DNA of 63,148 bases, filler included, from Collodictyon triciliatum (Eukaryota), in the NCBI GenBank assembly GCA_043381765.1. It is 5 parts of 4 records of this genome, joined end to end, with 100 filler letters (N's around TTAATTAATTAA, not from the genome) between each part and the next. Parts side by side here need not be neighbours in the genome. Positions count along the whole stretch, not along the records: positions 37,403 to 56,512 come from JBHJMP010001310.1; positions 56,613 to 63,148 come from JBHJMP010001353.1; 3 more parts are not named here. One strand, given 5' to 3'. Every line of letters begins with the position of its first letter. Within the stretch, counting starts at the first letter, position 1. A program made the translations under genes and the position numbers. This document shows, piece after piece, positions 52,593 through 63,148 of the stretch. Below the pieces are notes generated by a model. That model saw nothing but the letters and a program-made list of their open reading frames with translations. It made no database searches and was not told where the DNA came from.

Positions 52593-55034
52593 TCAAAGAA
52601 CCCCACGTGCCGAATTCTTTGGCGAGGCCGACCCACGCTTTTGAGATACTGCAATTGGAGGCAGCGAAACCACCTGCTGCGATGAACTTTGTGTCGTTGG
52701 GCTGGGAAATCCGCCTGGTGGTGGTAGAAATAACTGAAATGCGCAGAAAACAAGAGGAGAAAGAAGAAGAAAAAAGAAAAAGAAAAAGCAAATATAGTTG
52801 CGAAAAGGGATGGGATATATTCATCCACAAGAAAGTTGTAAAGCGTCCACACTAGCGTTTTTTTACACAACCAGACAAGCCTGGAAAACGAGATGCACAG
52901 GCAGTGAAAGAACAGCGGCTTGGAAATACCTTGTCCCGAGCGCGAAGACAGTGACGACCCGGAGCGCGGTGCTTTCTGGCCAGGGAGAGGCGGGAGGGCC
53001 TCCGCAGCGTTTGAGCGCGAGTCCAGAGCTCCCGCGGACAAGGGGGCCGGCAAGGAGGTTGCGCTCTGGGCAGGCACAGGATTCATCAACTCAGAGGCCG
53101 ATGTGTTTTGCCCATCGTGGCCCGGGACTTGGGTCATCTGCGGATGCTCTGCCGTCGTGAGATTGCTGCGCCACCATTCACCCGAAGATGCCGTCCCAAG
53201 GAAGCCGCCTGAGCGCAGGCCGGTCGATGACTCTTCGTCGATGCCTCCAAGCTGGAAGGGGTCGAAGTCTATGTCGAACTTGTACTGCACTGAAAGTGTT
53301 TATTGAAATTTCATATATGATTAGTTTTGGACTCTCGGCTAAATGTAAAATATGTGTATAACGAAACTTTAATCGGTGTATTAAGGAGTCGTGGTCACGT
53401 ACAATCAGATGGCGCAGTGGTTGCCAAGGAAACCCAGTTGTCGAAATATTTTTCAAAGTCAAGGTTTTCTGACCATTTCAGAAGCTCTGCCTCTTCGCCT
53501 TCTTCCTCGGCAAAAGGTGGGTCTGTAGGCGGAAATAAATATGTAGCTTTTATATGCAAAGTATTTATTGTATTTATGGGTGTATTAAATCGAACCAGTT
53601 CTATACCCTTTACAGAAACGGAGTGATGTGAGTGAAAAATAGGTGGACTAGAGTGAATGGCCACTAAGTGGTGTGATACATACCATCCCGGAAACCATTT
53701 TGTTTGGAAGATGACGAGTGGGAATGGCTATACCTTTAGGTATATTGGGAAATGTACTGGATTAATGAAAATGAAAGGGAGAAATAAACTAACATGAAAA
53801 TCACTCTAAATTCAATATTTGACATGTGAAAATCAAAACCAGGGGCAAATTTTTTATGAGAGTTCATGAGTACTAAAAATGAAAATGATTACACTTTTTT
53901 CATCCATTCGATTTTCTTCTTTTTCTTCAACAATTCGCGATCTTCTTTTCGCTTAATGGAGGAGTAGTGGAAGGTGTACTTTTTTGCCACAGATTTCTGA
54001 GGTGCGGTGTCCATCTCTGATGCGGTTGGACATTTTTTTTTAATGAAAAAGAAATAAATAAAAGCATTCACAAAAAGTGGAGGATTATTAATTATTCAAC
54101 TATGCCGCAGTTTACATTAATTCGAAACCTTTGCAGAATGTCTAGAGTCATTTTAAGTTTACCATAGAATCATACCTTGAATGATTTTGGTGGAAACAGG
54201 TCTCCAATCGTTGTTTTCTGATCGGTCGTACCATCCATTCGACTCTTCTTGTGGTATATCTGTACATTTGACGAATATTATCCTCCCAAACGGCTATTGC
54301 GGTACTTTTGAGTTCGTCGAAGTTTGGTGATGTCCAAACTCGTTGAAACATAAGTAAATAATTGGTTTCTTGATTGATTGATTGATTAGCGGAAGGAACG
54401 GAAAGGGAGTGAGAAAGATACCTCCAAATCCATTCGATATCAGTGTTTTTGCGTTCCAATTCTGAACTTTCATGGTTGATTTTCCGTTTTGCTTTTTTGT
54501 ATAATCTCGAGGGGCAAATGCGTTCACATCAACAAGTGGGTTGTGAACAAATATCTTGTAGTAGATTGTGGGAGGGAACGTCTGCGTCATAAAAGTGTGT
54601 ATTAGAGTATATTAATGTATCTACAAAACCATATAGTCCTACGAATTTTTACAAGGACATATCTTGTTGCACATAATTTTTTTTTTTAAAAAAAGAAGTT
54701 ATTGTAATTTGGTAATCTGGTATGAATCATACAAAGTTATTATATTGATAAGTACACACTTTACCACCCAATCTGAATCGAACATGGATTCCAGCGGCTG
54801 CGTCAATCAACTGGGCTTCGAGTGGGTTAATGCACCGGAGCATTGTGCGAGGGTCTCCACGATTACGAAATGCAATCAAATCCCGATAATATGCATATAT
54901 TTGCCGATTCTACACAAGAAATGAGTGTTATTTGCACTGGTATGAAGGGCTGATGTTACTTTGCGAGATTCTATGAATCTTTTTCATTTTTTGAATCACT
55001 AAAATGACAATTAATTTCAAAATCAGTCAAAAAA

Positions 55035-55089
<55 letters not shown>

Positions 55090-56332
55090 AAAACGGCTCA
55101 TAGGATTGACCATTGACTCACACAGTAGCGCCTCCATGAACGCTGAATGACACGGGATGCATTCTCTGTTTTTTCTTTTTGGGCTTGAAAATATAATCTT
55201 CTTCTAACGTGCCATCGCCATAGCCGTTGTATATCAGTTGCGGCCACCGTATAAACCATAAATCTCTTTATTTAAAAAGTAAATAATGTCACAATAACAA
55301 CCAACTTAAGGATTTTCAATGATATGATATATGCTCTATCACTATCCCATTACTCTGTCTCAACACTTTGCTCACTCAGATATATATGTATTGATATTGA
55401 TATATGTCATTATTTAAATGAATTAGCTTATTAACCAAATATCGATATCGTTGCTTCGCCATTATCATGCGCCACCAAGCCTGTATCCTACTGGCACACC
55501 AGTCCTTGAATGGAAGACCAGAGCTTCGGTTTGTATTCGCGGTTATTTGCATAAACTTTGAAAGAAGATCCAAACGTCTTTGTTCATCTTGAATCTGGAT
55601 ATAATTATATTTGAAAGGAATAAAAAAAAACTGCGTGCCAAAGACAGGAAGAAAAAGAGGAAAATAAGAGGAGCCTGGAAATCAACTACGACATTAGTAG
55701 CAACGGTAACATAATTGCTGTGATATTGACTTCACATCATATATACATAGATGGGTAAATTAAAGAAAATAAGAGAATGTTCACCTCGCGTGTTCTTGGG
55801 CTAAGCACTTTGTTCAAGCCAGACTGCTTCTTGGTCGATGCGCTTACATTCATGCCGAGCCACTCGTCCCAGGTTTTTTCCTCTCCAAGCGCATTCATCA
55901 CGCGCATCTCCTCCGCTCGTCTGCGGGCAATCATCCCCCGAGCAATTCGTTGTATTTCGATGCATGCAAGGTGGATTGCAGCAACAGGATATGGCGGGTT
56001 GGCAACATACAGAAGAGTCTAAGAAAGAAGAAGAAGAAGGTAAAAGTGATTGTAGAAAATAAAAGGCCTGTTGTCATGGTTTGGTGGTTTGATTGTATTA
56101 GTAGTTTTTATTGGCAGATACAGCCACAGTATTCCTGGAAGCTGAGGTCGAAACGGATGAGTGAAAGCTATTAGATGAGAGGAAAGCCGTTGTGGTCGAC
56201 GACAAAATATACAAAGAAACAAATAATCAAATAAACACATACGTATTTCCTGCCGCTGAAGCGATAACTCCACAAAGGATGGCCGGCTGCTGAGATCTTT
56301 TGCTGGGCGCGCTTCTTTGGTCCGAAGGCCAT
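52593..56332 (-). CDS. C11orf65/MFI-family IQ-motif protein, multi-exon
   Basis: ASRVIQRSWRRY, GDPRTMLRCINPLEAQLIDAAAGIHVRFRLGG-TFPPTIYYKIFVH, GWYDRSENNDWRPVS, FHYSSIKR..KKKIEWMK, LLKWSENLDFEKYFDNW.SLAT: blocks I recognise from C11orf65 homologues. Confidence 0.85.
55035..55089. repeat. (TAAA)n intronic microsatellite
   Basis: Tetramer run. Confidence 0.93.
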
Positions 56333-56512
56333 CCCTTGGAGAAACCCCATGGAGAAACGCTTAGAGTGAAAAACAAAACAAAACAAAACAAAACAAAACA
56401 AAACAAAACAAAACAAAAGAAAAGAAAACAAAACAAAAAAGAAAAAAAGAAAAAAAGAAAAAAAGAAAAAAAGAAAAAAACCAAAGCAAAAGCAAAACAA
56501 AACAAAACAAAA

Positions 56513-56612
56513 NNNNNNNNNNNNNNNNNNNNNNNNNNNNNNNNNNNNNNNNNNNNTTAATTAATTAANNNNNNNNNNNNNNNNNNNNNNNNNNNNNNNN
56601 NNNNNNNNNNNN
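56513..56612. other. Artificial 100-nt assembly spacer
   Basis: TTAATTAATTAA at 56557-56568 within N run. Confidence 0.97.
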
Positions 56613-56647
56613 TATTTTTTTTTTTTTAATAAAATTTATTTTTTTAT

Positions 56648-56691
<44 letters not shown>

Positions 56692-56775
56692 CTTATTATT
56701 ACAAAAAAAAAAAAAAAAAAGATACGCGATTACCAAAACATTCGCGATTTTATACTTTCTTGGGATGATCAACAA

Positions 56776-59700
56776 ATGAGAAAAGAGCCACTTTCTTCGT
56801 TCGATCGCCTGGATTTTATTTTTGTCGATGGTTCAAGCAAACATTTACCCTGGAATCCAGCCTCGAAGCAGGTTTTTTTTTCTTCATGACCGTTTGTTTT
56901 TGCTATCGCCTCCTTTCTTTTTTTTTCAAATAATACGTCAGAAGGCACGTTATTTAAGATCCAATTCCATTTCTCTCTCATCCCTAATAAATGAGCTGAT
57001 GTTGTTCGGTATTCTATTTTTATTTTTTCCACCCATTTTATTATCTCTGGTATGAATGCATCGCATTTGTTCAAATATACTCATTCGCCTTAGTTGTGCA
57101 CACTCATGAAGATGTGTTTCGACACTGGAAAGGCTATCTTCTGCACAAATTTCGGTGCGTTGGTCATGGCATACACGATTGCATGTTGTGGAGAAGTATA
57201 TCACATCGTCAACGGTGGCGGCAAAGGCGATCATTTAATCACCCCAAACAAGATACCCACTCCAGAGCAGGGAAAAGGTAAGGATATCAGCTATTATGCC
57301 CAAACTGAGAGCATTCTATTGTGATAACGATGTTGCCAAAATAATATTATGGTGCCATGATTATACCTACGCAATACCATATGGAATTAATCATGTCAAG
57401 GAAACTTATATTCACGACCTTTTCAGTTTTTACACTGTGGACGCTACCGCGATATTTTAAAATATTTTGTTTTTTTGGGGTTAAAGATGTTTTCTACTTG
57501 GACAACGCCACTGGTGATATCTTTGGGTATTCTCTTGGTGAAAACAGATGGGTTTCTGTCTCCAATTGTGGACTTCATCGACACGGCGCCCCGAAAGTCT
57601 ACGACACTTACAGGGTTCAGACATCTAGGAAAGATGTATGCATCATTCAAAAATTTAACCAGAAGCAGCAACAGCATATTCTAGCAAACTAAATTAAGTT
57701 GGTTTATGGTACACTCTTGTATTCATCCTAGATTGCTATACAACCCTCCTTTGGAGAACTCACTCTCCATCGAGCAAAAAGAAACTACCACCACTGGATC
57801 TTTGATGATATTCTTGAGGTAAGTCATGATAAATAGAATTTCTCCTGCAGATGCAATAAAATACAGAATGACAAGACTGGTACAAAAAAAAAACTGAATA
57901 AAAATTTCGACTCATAGAATGAGTATTTGGTACAACTGGATCGCTCTTGGAACCTTCATATACCGAAGCGACAAGAAAGCGTATCTGTTCTTGGAGATAG
58001 TGTCTTTGGAGTAGAGGTCATCGAGTACGGTCACATGATTGGGATGAACTTCCCCATATCCGAATACTATCCTCAGACACTGTAATTACACTTTGATAAT
58101 TATCTTGTGGGTCAATTTATCGTTTAATGTTGGGTTCTCCCTTTTCGGTTCATCTGTTGCAATTTCTATCTGCGAAGGAGTATTTGAAATGAAAAACAGA
58201 AAGTCTATGTAGACTGATATGAAAAAAAAAAAAAAGAATCAACTGATTGAAGCAACGTTATCTCCTAGTAATTCTTTGTTCTTTATCCTAGAACGATGCT
58301 TGGAAATTTTATATCCCAAAAAATCATTCTCATGTCCAAGTACGACAGAGTGGAGTATATCAGCCAAAGACTTTTTCAACAAGCTGCATCTGAAGGATTG
58401 AGAATCAATCCAACGCTTCTCAAGTTTGCAATTAATTAAATTATATAAATAAAAATCATCTGGATTTCTTACCTCGCGAATCTGCAGAACGCCCAGCACA
58501 TTCTGAATTATATACCTGTAGTCGACGCACAGGGTCTACCCAAAAAATTGAGACCGATAGTGAGGAGGATGATATCTTCACCGACAGACTTCGTCAATCC
58601 TCTGCCAAAATTAGTGACCAACAACCTCACCCAGAAATAGTTAAGCCGCTTGACCTTGGGGCAATGAGCTCTGCTTATAGCTCAGCTGTAAACACTGCGA
58701 CGAACCGTTCCACAAAAATTCGATCAATGTGAATAATCTGTTATATCTTCGTGCATATGCATTAAACTATCATGCGACTATTTCATATTGAATTATACCA
58801 TGACCCGAACTTCTGTTCAGAAATCGGACAAACACACAAGTCACATCCAGACCTATTCCCGCATCGCAAACAAACCCTTTGGTAATGCTGAAACTCCAGA
58901 CAGAAATGAGTTTGCTGAATGGTGGAGGAAAAGCTGCACAGATGTACAGGTACTCTATATGAGTTTCATTTTCTCGCTCTCTTCAATGCATACTCTGGAA
59001 GATGATGTAATGATACCAAATCAATTTTAGCCAGACTCTGCTCAAACTGAATGTATTTCACATGGTGTAAAATACACTTTTACCATTTGCCATCCAGAAA
59101 TGTACAGCTTGGTTTGGATGATGCCCCTCCTCCACCATCAAATTATGAGCCTGCTTTCAAGCAAGAGCCTGTAGCATATAATGTAAGTTGTGAGAAAATA
59201 GTTTAATGAAATTATATATTTGAATAACAACAACAATAATAATAATAATAATAATAAAAATGAGTATACATGAAAAATGAGAAAAATTCTACCGATAGAA
59301 ATCCGACCTAAGTAAATTCATTTGTAATTAAACTCTTACGCTGACTGAAAAAAACAGCTCACAAAAGCAATTCCCAACGAGGGGAAAACAACAATAGCAG
59401 CAGCAACTGACGGCAAAACTGTCATCAAGCTTCTGGCACCATCATCCCGTCCCAAAAGTGCTCCGTTGTCATCTCACAACAATATTGTCCAGCGAGTAGC
59501 AAAAGAACAAGCGATACCCTCGAGCCGGGCTGGGAAGTCGAAGCCCAACGTTCTGACAGCAAGGAAGGCCTCTGATGCACTCGAAGCGCATAATTTTTCA
59601 AACTCTCCCATTTCTCCTCTGCATGAATTGGTGATTGACAGAGGGAACAGCTCTTCTCCAAAAAATTTCAAGTAAAACACTGCGAGCATAACTGCAAGAT

Positions 59701-60660
59701 ACCTACTAATCCACAAAACACATGTGGCAACTTTATCAAGAAAAATTTTTTTTTGGTGTGTCTTTAGTCCTAATATGTCTATAATTTAAAGAGAATCAAA
59801 TAGAGATGGTCACACAGGGCTCCTTGTAAGAGATTCACGTTTGGCGCCAGTGGAAAATGTAGGACAGCACACATCACTCGACGAATGATTCTATCATCTT
59901 GTTGTATACACGAATGACTATTCGTCTAACTCTGATGGATTTTCCAGATAGACGATGGTAATCTGGTAGAAGGGGATGATTTTTCTCAAAGTCAACAGAA
60001 GAAAGTGATACGAGTTCCACCTCCGTCACGTCCCTATACAGCCTACAAAAAGTTTGAGAAGATGAAGCGAGCAGAGCTACCCTCTGAAAAGTATTGTTCT
60101 CCTCTGATTCAACCCATCTCTTTTATTTCTTCTTATGCGTGAGCTTATTTGATGCTCTGTGGAAATATCGACTTACTGAAGTTTCAATGATGAAAAAATT
60201 AATGCATCCCAGTCATCCAATCGTCAATACTGGTCCATATATTTCGCAAGAGGATTTGGATAGAATCGAAACCATCGTAAGGGAAGCATTCGCTTTTATC
60301 GTTTCTCGGGGTATTTTAATTAAAAAAAATTTCTATCGTCTTCCCTTCTATTCATATCCGGCATTTCTTATGAACAACACTTACCAGGAAAACAAGAAGA
60401 AATGGATTGGCGCTGACTTCCGAGTCCTTCCTTTGAACCGAAGTCATTCGAAGTTTGAACTCGAATCAGCTTCATCCTCCCATCAAATACCATACACTGG
60501 TCGTGGTCCAGCCTTCAGGCAAGAGGATAAATCAAAGTGGATATCGGGAAACTTCACCATTTTCAAACCAGATAGGCCTCGAGGCACAAACCAGTCCACA
60601 ATGTCAAATACAATTTATACACGGGCAACCACCCCAACTGATAAATCTTCAAACTGCTAG
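56776..60660 (+). CDS. Hypothetical multi-exon protein (C-terminal ENKKKWIG..F / FRQEDKSKWISGNF repeats)
   Basis: Chain of GT-AG bounded open exons (MRKEPL..PASKQ; LCTLMKM..PEQGK; DVFYLDNATG..; final exon ENKKKWIGADFR..SSNC*). Family not recognised; start tentative. Confidence 0.55.
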
Positions 60661-62046
60661 CCACTTCTAACCTCCTCTGCTGTCTCCCTTTCTATCTCAT
60701 GAAAAAAAATATTCTAATATTGCAATGAAGTAAACGCTAGTGCCAAGGCATAAAAATAATAAGCAAGACCAAGGAGGTGGATAACTCATGAGAGTCTAGT
60801 CATAGCCCTGCGAGCATACCTTTGCATTTTCTAACTTTTTGTTTTTTCAACGTAACAGTTTGAAGGTTGCACCCAGGCAAATCAACATGACCAATCTATA
60901 ATTGATTTTCACAGTTTAAATAAGTACGATTGAATAAAGTATCGTCACATATCCCCTTTTCTTTTTTCTTTTTTTTTTTCTTCCTTTTTTTTGCTGAGAA
61001 TAGGGAACTACGATACTGTATCAGCTTTTTTTTCTGGATAGATTCCTATGCAGCTTTATTTCCAACTTATTGAATGTGTGTGACAAAAAGCTTTTAAAGT
61101 CTGCAGGGTGTTCAAAAACTATCATTGTATCTTGTCTTTGTCCCACCGACCCATGGGTTACGATTCGTCGCTGATTGTAAGCTTCTGTGAGGATGACGAA
61201 CCCCAGAACACTGAGACGAAAAAAGAAGGGATTATTGAGGTACACAATCTTACAAAAAGAAACCCCTCCATCTATTTTAATCCAATAACTTTTGCAGTGT
61301 ACATGTGTGTTTTCTTCACTTTTCTAGTCCCTCGCCCACCCACGACACGAATGGCGACCTTGTCTTCAGGATGCACTCACACGCACCCACATGAAAAATA
61401 AAATCTCCATTAGCAACACGTATCTTTTGACATGCTCTCCAAACCCGCATTGCACAACTGTTCAATCTCCTTTCTGCATCTGCGCCGATCTTTGTGATGA
61501 AGGATAAGGAAATCAGGAGCAGAAGCGTAGCAGTCCTGTGCCGGAAGTTGTGAATGCATGACTATTTCCTATTCCCAATAAAAACAAGACCAAAACTAAA
61601 GCCAAGAGGAAGAGGGTGAGAAAGAGACAAGGCCCACGTCTCTGCTCCTCCACCATCGAGGATACACATACGCTGCCAAAACGCCTGCATAAATCCCACC
61701 CAAAAAAACAATCGAACAGCAAAAGGAAGCAGCGTCGGCATTTCAAACACCGCTCAAAACATATTCATGCAAACCCTTTTCGATCCAATAAAAAAAAGAA
61801 TAGGGGAGAGAAAAGAAAAGAAGAAAAAAGACCGATCCCTCTAGAAAAAGAAAAGAAAGAAAAGAAAAGAAAAATAGACCCGCAACAAAGCACTGTGCTA
61901 CCCTCAATCCCCCTTTCAAACATCAAACCAACTTTCCGGTCAAAGCAGAAAGCGCCACAAGAGAACCCAAAGAAAACAGAACAGAACAGAGAAAAGAAAA
62001 CAGAAAAGAAAAGAGAAAAGAGAAGAAAAAGGAGCCGCCCTACAAG

Positions 62047-62878
62047 ATGAGCCTCTACCAAGCCGACAAGCGCGGATCAGAGACGCCGGGCCCATACAGC
62101 GAAGCTGAGTCAAGCGGCCTGCTTCTCGGATCGCTGCCGCCACTGGGCATTCCCGCAGCCTTCCAGCCGCTGCCGCCGCAAAGCACAGCGTCCAACACGG
62201 CAGTCTCGGGCGGCGATCGGGACGACTCGCTGCGCAGCCTTCTCGCGCATCCGGCCCACTTGCCGACAGCCTCGGCCTACGAGGAAGTTTTGCTGCGACC
62301 GCACAGCCACTCGGCAAAAGCAGCCGGCCCGAATGTAACCAATCACGCGGCCGGATCTGCGGCTTCAGCTTCGACTTCGGCTCCGGTTTCCATGGCCCGC
62401 TTCTTCTACGAGCACGAAGGCGCGCTTTGGCTGACGATCTGGTTCTGCCTCAACATCTTTGTGACGCTGCTCAACAAGGCTGCCTTTCAGTTCTTTGACT
62501 TCAACTACCCCATTACCCTGAGCTTTGTCCACATGGTCTCCTCTCTGATCGGCTCGTCCTTGTCTCTGGCCAACGAAGGCGCTGTCCAGACCGCCGAATA
62601 CGCCTCCAGCAAGCGGGACTACGCCACGCTGGTCTTGTTCAGCGTTCTCTTCTGCTCAAACATCATTGTGGGCAACTCGTCTCTCCGATACGTCAGTGTT
62701 AGTCTGGTCCAGATCATCCGCTCGACGATCCCAGCCATCACGATTGTCCTCTCCATGATGCTGCTTGGGAAATCGTATAAGCGAGAGCACTTTCTCTCCC
62801 TGTGTCCCATCGTGGCAGGTGTTTGTCTTGCATCTCTTGGTGAAATCGACTTTCACATGTGGGGCTTTATGCTAACAG
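62047..62878 (+). CDS. SLC35E/TPT-family nucleotide-sugar/triose-phosphate transporter, first exon (3'-truncated by window)
   Basis: WFCLNIFVTLLNK...FNYPITLSFVHM, LFCSNIIVGNSSLRYVSVSLVQIIRSTIP, LCPIVAGVCLASLGEIDFHMWGF; donor GT at ~62879. Confidence 0.9.
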
Positions 62879-63032
62879 GTGACTCTGAGATTTTTCTTGG
62901 GTGTGGATGCTATTCACTCTGTTTTATGTTTTATTTTTGTCTTTGCTTATTTCTCATGCTTGTTTTAAAATATTAACCTTATATCTATAAGATGTTTTCT
63001 GGTTGCTTTGCTATGTTTTGATTTATTTTGTA

Positions 63033-63148
63033 TTGCTTTGCTTTGCTTTGCTTTGCTTTGCTTTGCTTTGCTTTGCTTTGCTTTGCTTTGCTTTGCTTTG
63101 CTTTGCTTTGCTTTGCTTTGCTTTGCTTTGCTTTGCTTTGCTTTGCTT
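63033..63148. repeat. (TTGCT)n microsatellite
   Basis: Pentamer run to window end. Confidence 0.96.

Noticed and set aside
61021-61750. Short ORFs between the hypothetical gene and the transporter
   Set aside because: No consistent exon chain or motif could be supported

Overview
AT-rich, very intron-dense eukaryotic (protist-like) DNA using the standard genetic code and GT-AG introns, assembled with N gaps (four carry an artificial TTAATTAATTAA spacer). I spliced exons by hand. Genes found: a 5'-truncated voltage-sensor (S1-S4) segment that appears to splice in frame into a degenerate ZNFX1/UPF1-like SF1 helicase; a PlsC/LPAAT acyltransferase; an ankyrin-repeat protein; a coiled-coil protein; a possible Alba-like gene; 6-phosphogluconate dehydrogenase (EW-signature type); an intronless GC-rich SPX-RING gene; NADH-cytochrome b5 reductase; FAB1/PIKfyve; a myosin with an IQ-coiled-coil-PH-LRR tail; a C11orf65/MFI homologue; a hypothetical protein; and an SLC35/TPT transporter. 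The most notable accessory element is a decayed Fanzor1 (eukaryotic TnpB-like RNA-guided nuclease) locus at about 13.05-15.53 kb. It keeps the RuvC D/E/D residues, has a hairpin-rich candidate omegaRNA at its 3' end and a candidate intron, and shows no visible transposase. All family calls come from motif recognition, not database searches.
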